From Ascidiella aspersa (Eukaryota), in contig OZ004613.1 in assembly GCA_963924565.1 (NCBI GenBank), positions 23,126,001 to 23,190,000 of the forward strand: a stretch of 64,000 nt of DNA, read 5' to 3'. The translations under genes were made by a program, and so were the position numbers. The notes under the pieces are model-generated. The model did not search any database. It was given only the letters and a program-made list of their open reading frames with translations, and was not told where the DNA came from. Positions 50,991 to 64,000 of this stretch are shown here, piece by piece. Position 1 is the stretch's first letter, and each line of letters begins with the position of its first letter.

Positions 50991-53900
50991 ATGCCGTGTA
51001 TTCGGTCGATATGTATAGCTCGTGTAATTTACCTTATTCGCATTTTTGACTTTCCGTTGGCATCGCCATTGTTTTACCACAAGGCGAAAGTTATTTATTC
51101 CAGTTTGAAGTTTGTGTTTAGGTCGGTTGTTACACAACAAAATAACAATTGATCTTTGATGGCTGAATAATATATTTTGTATTTTATTTGATTGCTTAAA
51201 TTAAGAACTTTGCCTAATGAAATTGCCCTTTAATTATTTGTTCAAGTGGTATTTCTTGAAAATGTCTGCTAGTTGTTATCTGTAGAGCATACTTGGTCAA
51301 CTTAATGATTTTAAATGACTAGTTTAAAGAATTAAAGCTATTGGATGTTAATTCTTAATCCAATTCTAATCTAATATCCGTTATATCATCAATTTTAAAT
51401 AAAGATTCAATTGTTTAAAATTAATGCTATTTCAGGTTGATTTCTAGTGTTCGCGAAATTGCTTATTCTAATTCTAATTCAATTTCAGAAAACTAAAAAG
51501 TCCTAATTTTAACTTTTAACTATTTTCGAAATAAAACAGTATACTGGATAACCTGCTTTTTAAATTTGCAATGAATAAGTAAAAAGGTTTAGCGTACTGG
51601 ATTTTGCTTTATGGGTTGTCTTATCACCCATCGTTAATTTTGTTATTTATTAACATGTTGTACTTCGGGGAAAAACGCACAACAAGATAAACACAGTTCT
51701 TTGCGGAAAGCGAGTATAGACATACAAATTGTTTATATTTTTATAACTTTTCATTTTATATGAAATTTTTTAGTTATAATTTTGTGAGTTCACCTGTTTC
51801 TACTTTTCCGCGTTTTTCATTGCGTATATGTGCAATCACAGATCGACAGAACAATATAAGAAGATTTAAATTGTTCTGATTTGTTTGACAAATTTAGCAG
51901 CAACTTTTGTAAATTAAACAATATTGTTTTTGAAAGTGGAATACATTGTAAGTTCCCTGTGGTATTTTTAACCAACGCTGGGCCAAATAGAAGGTACTGT
52001 TTAAATATAATGAGAATTTTCTTTCGAAAAACAGAATCTGCCTGAATCCGAATGGTGAAAACAAACGATTCTGGTTGCACATCAATGATCAAGATTAAAC
52101 TAAATACATAAATTAGTAAACCTATAATCAGTTTGTTTATTTGCATGCAAAGTACAAAATATTATTAAATAATAAAATTAACAATGGGTGATTGAGCAGC
52201 CCATAAAGGAAAATTCACAGTAAGCTTAACTCTTTTTTTATTTAATTGTAATTAAAAAGCAACGGTTTATTAAGTTCTGTACTTAGTTTATTCTTTATCT
52301 GTTTGAATGCACAAACAAATTATGGAGGGCTAAATAAAATTGTCCACAAAGGTGAATAAATGTTCCAGTCCGTGTTTTTCGTATTTTTTGCATATTACTG
52401 CATACTTCCAGCGTTAAAGACGTACCGAGTTTGCATTATGTAGGGTATATAATTGCATTTCTTCTGTGTGGTAAACATTTTGTCGCCGTAATTACCATAA
52501 ATTCTGCCCAAAAACTTCTCGGTAAATATATGGGCCGTAAAGTTAAAAGTTGGTAAAAGTCTTTAACAAGTTAGAAAAGGTTAGTAGAAGTGGATTATTG
52601 TTTTAAAATAATGCTGCTTCAACTTTATTTAAACCAGTTCTTTCCATCTTACATGCCTCGGTAGGTTGCGATGCAGTAAAAATTCCTGGGGTGTTTATTG
52701 TTTGAAATATGGGCTTGTTTTTCACAACTCTCCGAGGCGTGCCTTTGTAGGTTTGATGGGTGTTACGTCTTCATCGACTGAAAGTTAGCTTAAAATTCGA
52801 TCGCTCAACTAAAATCACGCACGCAAATAAACCCATGGGCGAACCCAAATTTGGTCCGCACCCCCCTTGTGCCCTGCGCAAACACCCCGCACTAAATTTA
52901 GATCTTAGATTTGGGGCTTCAAACGCCGAGCTGCAAACGGGGGCATTGAGGAAGCATGAGACTTAAACCGCATGGACGAAAAAACAAGCCTATCAAAAAT
53001 CACAGCCATAAACCTAAGAAGCGAGAACCGGTTTTGTTACTTGTTAGGTGATCAGTCCTTGAAGCTGACGCCTGTGGACCCCTGGTGGTCCCTAAGGAAG
53101 TGTTAAGGATATACGGCGCAACATATTTTAAATTAATTGACTGTTCAATTTTATTAGTCAGATCACGTCATACAGTTTTAATGATAATAAATTAGGCAAC
53201 AATTGACAGATTGTGTACAGAATTAGGGTACTTTGTTTGTGTAAGCAATTAATGACACATAATGATTAGTCTGTATTTTTTCTGTCTTTTAAGGAAGCAA
53301 AAATGGTAAAATAATTCAAGAGTTATTGTTTGTTAGATCTTGAAAGAAGCGTTCATTTTGGCTTCCTATAGTTCCGAAAAAGAAAAGTCGCCCTATGATG
53401 ATCTTTTAGCGCTGGTGATTGTGCACGCGGACAATTAAATGTGCAACAGGCAAACAGCTTGCTACCCTGAAGCGCGCTGTATTATTTGGACTCGCGAAAA
53501 AGCCGTTCAGATCGAAAACCAAGGCCCGGGTATCTGCGGCAACTCACCGCTAATTGCTGTTTGCGTGAACCTAGAATGAAGGGTCCACTCTTTCGCGTGT
53601 TTGTTTGTAAAGCTAGCGTGTCAGCGGTGCGGTCTATTGCATGGCTTTTTCGGTTTTCGCGGCTTGTTTGTACAGCAGTGCAAATATTTTTCGCTCGTTA
53701 AGGACTTGGGGGGTTGTTAACCCAGGGGTGCAAATACCAAAGTTTCTCTTTGCCGTGGATCGGTTTCAGGTCAGTTATATGATGTGTAATGCAGTAAGGG
53801 GCGCGTTATCCAAGGCCACAAGGTTACAGACCTGCAGTGATTCGCGACTTGTGAAACACATAACAACAGTGGTCCCCCGTTTTATTTTCAGTGTGAGACT

Positions 53901-55337
53901 CACAGCTTTTGATTTTGGGGACTCATGCCAAAGTTTAGGCAATTTAGTTACCGCAAGTGTTATATCATGTTAATTGTATTTCATCACGCTGGCAAGTTTT
54001 TGTTTTATTTGTGGTTTTAAAATTTTTTTTGTTTATTTGTGGTATTTAAAAATACTGACTGAAATTTAGCCAGACGATAGGAACTCAGTAAAATAAGCTT
54101 ATATATAACGCTTTTATTTTAATTGTAAAATCATATTATATTTCCCGAAGGCTGGTATTTTCGTTGAACAAAGCAATGATTTTGAGTGAAACAATGTGTG
54201 TTTTATGATGATTTTATAAAGATACATGAAAGCACAAATCCCAGAAAAACGGCACCCAACCCAGTAGTTAACGAGCAAGCGGGTAAAGTTGTTTCGAAAT
54301 TGAGGGACTTTTTCTACGAAAGTGTTATTTTACAGCACGAGCTCTGCGTGTAAGGAGTCCGATATGTGAGTGGACGCAGCTGCAGCAAGATTGTTAGAGC
54401 ACACATCTGGCCGTAAAGCGGATACTTTATTTGTGCCAGTCCATATTAAAATGCCAATAAAGCGCCATAAAACGCCAGAAAGGCGTCTGCTTCGTGCCTA
54501 GTTAATACTCGGACTTTCTATTAAATTCGCAACAGCATTCTTTAAATTCGTCTGCTGGTGTCTTGGAGAGTTCTTCGTCGAATTGTTTACGAACCGAGTT
54601 TTCACGCCTTTCAATCATGAACTGGTGTATATTGGCGTGAAAAAACAACTCGTCGGCACTTTTGGGCATCTTTGCTAGGCCGTACAAACAACCGTTTAGA
54701 GAGGGTCCGGATATTGCATAACGTGCACAGCTAATGAATTTTCTTGAACAATATTTGTTGTTCGCTTTGCAAAATTGCATTGCGAAAATGGTTAATGAAC
54801 AACTCTTTCTTAGCCAGCAGGCCCTTCTGAAGTTTCCGTCAACCACGGAAAGACGGATTCTTTTTTTCGGCTGAAGGACGGAATGGAAATGTTTCCGTTT
54901 TTTAGTTTAAATTTGAAAATTTTTATCGAGGGGTAAACTATACGAATTGGGCGCTAAAATATTTGCACTGTGCTTGATATAAATAAAGAGCATTGACTCT
55001 TTCAAATTGATAGCCTAAAATCTTATTACCCAGTGGACCAGCAGTGACGTTTGAGTGGAATAGGTTTGGGAGTAGAGATGTCCGTTACTTGGTATTTAAT
55101 CTGAAACCGAAAACAAATCATTTGGGAAAACGTTTAGGGGTACGATCTAACAAAAATACGTCAATACAAGAACAATGCTTTTTTAATGGTTTATTTTAGT
55201 TACCTTTATAGTTGTTAACTTACTATTTTTTGACAGGTTTCCAATTTAGTTAAATCGTGACCGAAATGCAAATACCAAATTAGTGTCTATAAGGATCAAA
55301 TATCATCGTTTATCATGCTATAACTTACTATATCTGT

Positions 55338-55847
55338 ATAGTTCTCAACTGGGGTCCCGCAGCACCAAAGGGTGTTATTTTTATCACTCAAGATTGCCGA
55401 GAGATATTTCAAATTCTTTCGAATTTCAATTTTTCCTCTAGTAGTAAGTTTCTTGATACAATTTTTTGTGTACGATGAATGTGCCAAAAGTAAAAAGTTT
55501 TTTTTCAACTTTGTTGCACAGTTAATTAGTAGGATGCCGCAGGCCAAAACAGGTTGCGAAACACTTTACTATATACTCCTTAACACAGTGGTTTTCAACC
55601 GGGGTGAAGCGGCACAATGCTCAAGGGTGCCGAGAGATATTTGAGAATATTTAAGAATCTGATTTTTGCTCTCTTACGACTTTTTTTGTAAAGATTTTAC
55701 TTGAATAAATCCAATTATAACTTCCTACGTTGTGTAGAGTTGTTCCAATTTCGTTTATTGTGAATTTACTATAAAAAGTCTTGTAGGGGTGCCGCAACCT
55801 ATTTGTCATTTCTATGGGGTGCCGATAGCGATAAAAGTTTGTCACTG
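55338..55847 (+). mobile_element. Two adjacent family A MITE copies (~55338-55565 and 55586-55847)
   Basis: Both carry TCAAC(C/T)GGGGT, CTCAAG..TGCCGAGAGATATTT and ATGCCGC/GTGCCG ends shared with 30792-31069. Confidence 0.75.
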
Positions 55848-57529
55848 CGTTTAGATCTGGAATCTGTACAATCCAATGTGTTCGGAAATCGCTAGTTGGC
55901 TGTAGTGGTTGGGTTAACGAGGTACAAATCCAGCCCTAACTAAAACATGTCAGAAGTCCAGCGAATGCTTAAAATATGTGTCAGTAAAAACAACTGTTTA
56001 ATCGTTGTCGGTAACCTACATTCTTAAAATTACTCGAGGATTGCGATCTTACCCTGTTTCATACGATGGACTTAATTGAACGGCGAAGTTACAGTTAAAA
56101 TCAGCTTTACTTTTTGTGAAGCAAAAGCAGATTCTTGTTTTTTTTTCAGATGCATTGTTAATTTAAAGAAGCGAAAATACTACTTTTGTATTGTACATTA
56201 AAGATCAAACGCTTCTAATGTCGGTAAAACAAAAAAATACTTGTAGGAAAACTATACAGACTTTATTTTTCTAATTAAATAACACTTTGGGCATTTACGA
56301 TGTGCTAAATAAGGTTTTATTGAATGATTTCCCAACTCGTTTTTCTAAACTTTTTTGCCGATTTTTCCGTCGTAAATTTGATATAACCAATGGATGATAT
56401 TAAAAGAGTACTTCGGGAGTCTGCTTGAAGAAATTTAGACATCAAATGATCAGTTTGACATGATTGATGATTAATGGGAATTCCCAAGTGACCTATATAT
56501 ACAGGCACGTGAGTTTATAAAAAAATTCCCGTTTAGACCAAGTCTCAAAATTCTGTTTACACAATTTTGTGTAAAAGATTGTTTGTTTAATCGAAAACCG
56601 TTTCTCGGAAAATGTGTGAGACTTATATATTCGACCCCTAATATATAATAGTATAGATATATACAAAACATTAGATCGACGAACTAATCTCAGTTTAGCC
56701 CCACAATTACGTTGAATTAAATTTGTAATTATACTTATGAATTACACGCTTCCTACAGTTGTTTTGTTTCTAGCCGATTGCCGCACTCGACCAAAGTGCA
56801 AAAGTGCTTGTTTGTGCCTTTTACAAACCGCACTTTGCCCACGAAGGGGAATCGGCCACGGTGCGTGAATTTCGGTTCCGAATTAGCACCGCAAAATAAA
56901 TCTCTCGGTTTGTTTAGTTGTGCGGGCGCCGACCAGAGCGTATATATGAATATTGATTGAGGCGAACAACGTGTTTATCATCCGGGGGAAAAACTAACAC
57001 AGGGGTAGCGGTTTTCGCGCACCAAAGTTTTGTCGAAACGCCAATGCCACATTCCCTTTGGCGTTAGGCGCGCGGTAGAGAGGCGGTCAAATATTAACCA
57101 GCGACAGTGGCATTCCGACTTCAACGACGGCGTGCCCAACTGGCAGGGATCTTCAAACAAAAATCGCTGGCACTTTGATCGGTCTGCGGTCTGGGCTTGC
57201 GTTGGCTAAAAGCGAAACTGTATCTCGTTGTCGCGCCGCTGCGATGGGGAGAGACAGAGCAGCCTTCATTAAGACCCTCGAGTGCAATGACACATTGATT
57301 AGGATAAGGACGCCCCCCTGTCACCCACCCCCTCCCCAAGTGGGGTTTCCGGCAGAAAATCGAAATTGATCTCCTGTGTGTGACGTTATAGTTACGATTG
57401 CGTTGGAAAACCCGTTGACCCTTGCTAAGGAAAGGAAATTGCCGAAAAGGAAATCACCCAACTTCGAAATTATGTACAAGTATGAATAATGCACCGCTAG
57501 TGTCGTCTGGTTGTTTAGGGTTTTTTCTC

Positions 57530-57880
57530 AAAACCGATTAAGTACTTTCAGTTTTAAAAAAATGTTAAAGAATTACTGTACGATCTTATATTTTAGGAAT
57601 TATGTAAATATAAAAGAAGCGTTAGTAGAAATCAATTTTTTAGGTATTAGACTAGACGTTGCAGAACTGCTTCAAGTTTGAAAACCGAATGATTGTTTCG
57701 TGTTGTTTTTTTTAAACCAAAAAAGTACTTTAAGTTTTAAAACTTTTGATCCACGAATTTCTGTTGGATCTTTTACCTTACGAATTATGTAAATATAATA
57801 GAGGCGTTAGAAGAAATCGTGTTTTTGAGGCATTAGACTAGAAGCTACAGAGCTGCTTCGAGTTTTAAAAGCGAATGACG
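57530..57880 (+). repeat. Diverged tandem duplication, ~185-bp unit x2
   Basis: AAGTACTTT.AGTTTTAAAA, GAATTATGTAAATATAA, ATTAGACTAGA and CTGCTTC.AGTTT each occur twice at a ~185-bp offset. Confidence 0.8.
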
Positions 57881-57929
57881 CTGTAATTATTTTTTACAAC
57901 TGGATCATTTTAAATAGCTAAAATAATTC

Positions 57930-58200
57930 GCATTCCGCCAGGAAGAAAACCACCGATCACGAGAAAGCGTCCGTCATTGTCCGTTCGTCGATCTGTCCCG
58001 CCTCGCAATACGTCACGCCTTCGCGCGCCCGGCGCGTCGACAGACATGACGTCACGCCCCCGCGAACTCACTTTTTCGCGCGTTGCCACCTCGAAGGAAA
58101 TTTTCCGCGCAGGAGCTGGCATTCGGCGCACGCTGCAACGGCGAACGGTCGATGTCGGTCTCTCCGCTCTCTCGCGCAGCAAGAATATTGACTGACTTGT
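57930..58200 (+). promoter_or_regulatory. CpG-rich putative promoter with full CRE palindrome TGACGTCA (58047-58054)
   Basis: Sharp rise in GC/CpG directly upstream of the exon at 58402; CRE plus half-site ACGTCA near 58010. Confidence 0.55.
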
Positions 58201-58401
58201 TTTGTGTCGCACAGGTATACAGTTTAAAATTGCTAGTCATTTTACCACCAACTCAACCGTTGAGTGAGAGCTGTTGAAGCTTCGAAGCAAAAAACTGCAT
58301 TGATCAGAAGCCGTCGCCAATCTTTCTGTCATTTTTTCGTCGATTGGATCGTATTTCGAGTCGTCGCTTACCGTTCGTCTGCCAGTTTTCGATGATCTTA
58401 G

Positions 58402-58607
58402 ATGACGAGCCCTAACCCAGCTGTGCAAAAGGCCGCGCTCTGCTGCGCAATCCACATTCTGCTGTCGCTCGCCGTTTCGGTCCAATCTGGCAGGTTGCCG
58501 CTGCTGACCGGGGGCGACGCCAACTCCGCAAGAAAAATCACAAGAAACTTCGCGCCTTCTTTGTCTTTATCGACGCGATTTTCTTCTCTGGAGTCGCTTC
58601 GACGAAG
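58402..58607 (+). CDS. Probable first coding exon of an unidentified secreted protein (MTSPNPAVQKAALCCAIHILLSLAVSVQSG...SLESLRR), phase 2; remainder not found in the window
   Basis: Signal-peptide-like N-terminus, consensus donor AG|GTGAGT at 58608, CpG-rich region directly upstream. Confidence 0.55.
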
Positions 58608-61600
58608 GTGAGTTTTTGTCTATTATTTCTTGAACGAAATATGATGTTTAATTCCACTTTATCCGTGTATTCATTAGACAATATATTCATTAGACAATGA
58701 GTTTGTTTTGCCTTATTCAGCAGGTTGCAGTCATTTTAAGGTGTCACTTAGCTACGAAATACAGCTAATTTTTGTCGATAATTACCTTAACGAAACCTAA
58801 ATTTTAATATCCTGTGGTCTACGGCTGTGTATTCATTCGATAGGACGTACCCTCTTGACTTATTCACCGGGTAGCAGTCCTTTTGAGTTGTCATTTACCT
58901 ACAAAATACCGCCGATTACATTTATATACTTGCCGTATGCACTTGAGTTGTTGACTGTATGACGACCAAGTTTATAACTCGGGCACAAATCACGTGAACT
59001 ATATAGTGAGAGGCGGGCGCTCATTCGAAGTTAGGCAAAGTTTCGCCAGCACGTTTCGGTTTCAGCCACTGAAAAACAACAACTTCTTTTAAATGCTGGC
59101 TGCGGTTTTCTCGTTACCTGCGGGTCTGTAAGCGATACTAGCTGCCCAGTGCATTTGTTTAGACGTGTGCTATACTCGCCCGTAGCGAGCGCGTTACCGA
59201 AACGTGCTTTAAAGCCCTGAAGGTCGAACTTTTCGGAGCTCGCAAGGTCAAATCATGTGACAGGAGAGTGAGGTGTGACGCGTTCTTTGTAAACTACCGT
59301 TTTCAAACGAAAATGCGAGCATGACGCCTGTGTTTTGCGTATGCTTCGCGGTCAAATCACGTACGAAATTCTAAAATAGATTATAATCCCTTTAAATCCT
59401 CGTGTTTGCGTTTTCTCGTCGTAATTTCAGTCTTTACGCGAGCTTCATAGGAGCCGAAACCGGTCTATAACATGTCGATCATCCTGAGAGTGTTTTTCGG
59501 CTGCGCCTTTGGCCCTTGGCCCTTGAAAATTTAAATTCTGTTTCCTTACATTACAAGGCGACGTTCCATTTAGACATTAGGGCAACAAAAAAACTGACCT
59601 ATGCTATTTTCGTGTATTTAATTGCAAAATTTGCGACACAAATATAGAGATAAAACTCTGAATACTTTTGTTTTTAGATTCATAAAGCATAATGACATCC
59701 TTTTTTTATACTTCACAAATTTTAACGACGTTTTGACCTGAATTTGTTGCTATTAAATTTCGTGAGCATACCTTAAAAATTAAGAAAGCCAACAAGTCAA
59801 TATCGGTACGTATATTGTCATTTTTTATCGAGAAAGTCGAATGATTGTGTAAATCAGTTTAATACGACTTTTAGTTTACACCGCCGTAAGTTCGTACGCG
59901 TGTCACAATACCAAACTTATAAAACATCAACCAATTAAAAATAGTATAGAAAATCAACTTTACCTTTAAAAAATATGGTATTTGTAACAATGTAAGCGAT
60001 CCACATACAAAAAAATTGCACAGTAAGCGTCAAATGCCATTTACTGTGTATTTGAGAAGCCGACTTTTCACAACGTCTGTTAAATAATATAAAGTCATAC
60101 CGGAAGTAGAAACAAAATTTTTAGAACGCTTACCAAAAATAGGAAAACGATTCTTCGATATGATACCTTGTATCAAAATGTTAATCTTTTTCAAGGAAAT
60201 TGCTCTTGCGACTTTAGACAATAAATAGGTATCCAATGGTTATGACATCACTGCCGCGTTAAAAGACGTTACATCACTAAATTTTTCAAGTGTCCTTCAG
60301 AGCGGGCGTATTTCTATCCAAGAGACTTTCCGTTTTAAGTCGTTTAATATACACACGCCCAACGCCATTAGGATAAATTAAGGCCAGTGCAGTTGAAGTA
60401 TTAGTCGGAATCATGTAAGTTGTCACGTATACCAATGTCAATCGTAAAGCGTCGTGTTGTAATATGTGACGTCACTGATTGCGTAACTATATAGTTTAAG
60501 GGCGTTTGCCTTGCGTGGCCGCCCGTTGGCTTAAATCGACCAACAAGCGGTTGAAAATTTCCTTAAGACGGAGAACTGATTCATTATATAACCGGCGGGA
60601 CCTATTTAAGGACCATAGTATGCTATCATCGTCCCATGACCCCAGAAGAAACGATCGCGCGTGTATACTGGCGACGGATAAGGACTCCTGGTGCAAATTT
60701 ACCCAGCCTGGGGAGAGGTTTTCGTTTGTTCTTCATGTGGTTTCAATCAGCATCATGCACAGTGTCACGTAGCCAGCCTTCCTATAAAGCGAGGTCCTGT
60801 TCGATTATAATTCGGGCCCAAAGCCAAGGGGAGGTTGTCGGCTGTTTCGGTGGTTTTCTGTTGTATAAATTGCACGCCTGCGGGCGCCCGTTGTTTGGTT
60901 TTAAAGTCCAACCGGCACATTGTACCCGGCATACAGATAACCGTTTTTAATCCTGTTCTATATAAGGTCGTTGCAAGTCAGCTTTGGAAACACAAACACA
61001 AGATACGCGATAAAACGCATTAATCCGTAAACATTGGCCGAAACGGTGATCTTCGGTACTTGAAGATCCCAGATGGTGCGACCCACTGACTGAACAAAGT
61101 CTATCGAATTGACCGCAGATACATGCGCGTGTTAATTTAACCACGTTCTCGACTTAAATAGGCACCAAGCACGTTTAAATAATTATTTACCATTTTATGC
61201 ACTGGCGTTAACTTTGTTTTGCGATTCACTTTGACTTTTATTTGACCATGCCAAATGTACCCCTTACTGGTTTCCACGCGGTAATATTAACGACCAATTT
61301 GCCGCAAGCGATAACGCATCAAGAAAAACCTTTTAGGAGTTTCGGTGTCTATCAACTCTCTTCTTTCCATCATCCGGATTATATTGGCCATACGCCGCGA
61401 AGACTTCCTCAAAAATGCGCTAAGTCAACCCTTGTGTCTATTAGGTTCACCCTATATCGATTTGGTATTTACGAAGCCGGAAAGAAAGCTTATAACCTTT
61501 AAGAGGCGCGTTTTTTTATTTTCGAGTGTCTCCAGAACCCTGAAAATCTTATCCCTGTTTAAATGAAGTAAATCAGTCACGGGCCTTGAGCTCGAAGCTC

Positions 61601-64000
61601 AAACTGTCCAAAAGATGAAAAGCAAACTTGACAAAAAGTTTTGCAGTTCACATCGGCTTATAAACGCCGAAACTTTACTTTCCCTCTCATGCATAAAGGA
61701 TTGTATATCCTACGGGCGACGTTAAATCGTATACTCTTCCGCGCATGTACTAAAAGGCAAAAAAATCGAAATTACTTTGGAAGATCTATTTGTGTACTTC
61801 GCGGCCTACCAGCATTAAAATTGCCAAACAAGGCAAAGTGCCGATTTTCCACTGCATAAAGCAGTAGGACAGAGTTTTTTTTCCGCGTGGACTCTAATCC
61901 TCGCTGAACGATGCGGAGCCCGGGTAATGACGCTTGTGATTTTTTTTGAGGTGCACAGGCTCTCTTTGGGTGGTCGGCGGCGCCTGCCCATCGTAAGTAT
62001 TTGGTTTTTGGCCCACTTGATTCCTCGAATCACCACCGAATCTTATGGGACGCCGACCGTATGAAAAGGCGTGCTAAACCCCGAGTCCTTTCGTAACCGC
62101 GGCAATCCTTTTTTGCTTCTATACTGTTTGGGTAACTTTCCATTGTGGATCGCCGATGTTTTCTTACATAAGCCGCATTCGGTTGTATCGTCTTTTCGCC
62201 CGAAACTCTTCTTTTGCGATACGTCAACGGCTGGGTACGCACGCCCCGAGTATAATAGCCACTGTTACAGCGCGATCAAAGTTTTCTATGTTTTTTTAAC
62301 TTCCCAGCCTGCCAGCTCTGTAGTCTCTCGAGCCGATATTGTGCGCGAATTATCTTCAATCGTTAAGTCTAGCGCTGTAAGGGCTTCTGACGATAATTTT
62401 CGCCCTCAAGAATTGACAATCTTCGTATTGCCCAGGTCGCCAACAGACGCCCCCACCCCCCGGTGTAAGAGGGGTTGGAAAGGGTAAAAAATGTAACGCC
62501 GAGCCTCGGGTGTCGGATTAGGGCGCCGCGTTGAGGTCACGACCGCGCCGTGCTGAAAAAGCCGAAAATGTTTGTAAATATGCGAAGGGAGAGATGTAAC
62601 TCGGCAGCAAACCTTTGCCTTACTCCGAAGTTTATAACTTTGCCCGATAACGCGATCGAAATGCAAGCGCTCGTTGTGGCAAGCTGTCAGCAGGTAAAGC
62701 GAACACTCCTGCACTGTTATGTATTCGTAAAAGTTTCGATGAGAATTTGGGAAAATTAAACTGGACTGGAGCTACTTAGATTAGTAAATGTTTATTTAAA
62801 CCGTATCGCGCTATAAGGCACTTTAGGACAACATGACGCTGATACCGTTTGTAGACATTGCCTTTGAGGCTTACGTTTGATGTATAGTTATAAATGAGCT
62901 GACGTCAGACGGTAGCACGCGGTCTTACTGCCGCAACCGCGTAATTTACACAAGGCACGCCATCATACCGGAGTTAAACCCTTTGTAAGTCTGGTACTAC
63001 CAGTACGCTAAGTTGTGCTGCAACCATGTGTAGTGTAGGGCAATTGGAGGCAACGCAAACTCCTTTTAATTGCATCAACCTGCCTATAAATACTTGAGAC
63101 AAATCTGCACAGTTGCCACCTAAAATTATAATCGAGCGGGCGTCTGCGAGCAGTGATGACTGACGGTTTCTCGGCAAGCCAAATGCTGTCAGATTCGGAG
63201 TTGCGGCGCGATCACTTTGCCTTCTTACTTCAGCCTGTCTACCAAAGCGACTGGTACATCACTAGGCTCTTTACGCCAAGTCGTGTAGATCCAAGACAAA
63301 TCTGACAAAGCTCCGTTTTCTTGCTGCGTTGCGTATTGCAGCGTGCGTCGCATATTTGCCTGTCGCCGTCGCTTGTGTGCTTGGCCGTCAGGCGTGGGAA
63401 ACACGCCAACTAATTAGCGCCTTTGGCTTAGCTCTCCTCCGCAAAGAAATCGCATAGTTTCACGCGGCGGCTTTTTTGCGACGTCACGCGAGTTCAAACG
63501 AGCGGCGATCCTTGATTAATGAGCCGCCGTGCAGCGTGTTGTACTTCGGCAACTAACGCCGAGCGGCTAAGCCGGTTTGGATTACAGTAGTTATAGGCGT
63601 TTAGGTTTCTACCTAAAGGTCGCCAGCTGCTTTCGGGCCCGCCACGACCGGTTATAAACATATGATCAGATTCTGGAAAACGTACATGTTGAATCACCAA
63701 TAATTAATGGACTCCAAATACAGCAAGGATGTAAAATATCCTCCCTATTGCCAAGTACCACAGCCTGATCTTTTTAATGTAGCCTTACAACTTTTTTTCA
63801 TGTCTACTGATTTAAAATGCGCCCGAATCTTGTAAAAAAACAATTTATCAAAATTTGTTTTATGTAAGGCCGTTTTAGTCCATAAAACCGCGATGTGCTT
63901 CAAACCCTTAATAGCTAGTTTGGAAAATCATTCAAAGTCACTCATTAAGAAAGTACAAGCTGGGGCATTTTTATGTTCTCACTTGACCCAGTCGCAGTCG

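Noticed and set aside
62308-62487. Possible exon 2 of the 58402 gene after a strong acceptor at 62307
   Set aside because: In the required phase 2 it stops after five codons; the open frame is phase 0 and shows no recognisable protein features.
214-63700. Remaining short ORFs of the six-frame track
   Set aside because: Many begin at TTG/GTG, lack domain motifs or splice support, and are of a length expected by chance.

Overview
This is AT-rich, intron-containing animal genomic DNA. A tunicate or other invertebrate chordate is plausible (inferred from the PHEX-type gene and compact introns), but the species cannot be determined. Almost all ORF-track entries are spurious or exon fragments. By splicing by hand I reconstruct four things. 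(1) A complete 20-coding-exon plus-strand gene (32878-50990, 933 aa) for a PHEX-like M13 zinc metallopeptidase. It has an unusual N-terminus: cleavable signal peptide, ~110-aa Asp/Glu-rich region ending in KKR, a six-Cys Sushi/CCP domain and a Lys-rich linker, in place of the usual type II membrane anchor. (2) A two-exon minus-strand gene (15375-15222 + 7841-7759), not visible intact in the ORF track, for a 78-aa secreted, strongly cationic peptide precursor with a mirror-symmetric C-x3-C-x2-C-x19-C-x2-C-x3-C motif and dibasic/furin-type sites. (3) The probable first coding exon of a third secreted-protein gene (58402-58607) behind a CpG-rich promoter with CRE sites. (4) A 5'-truncated Penelope-like retroelement with a GIY-YIG endonuclease and a hammerhead ribozyme, two tRNA-derived SINEs and several hAT-type MITEs.
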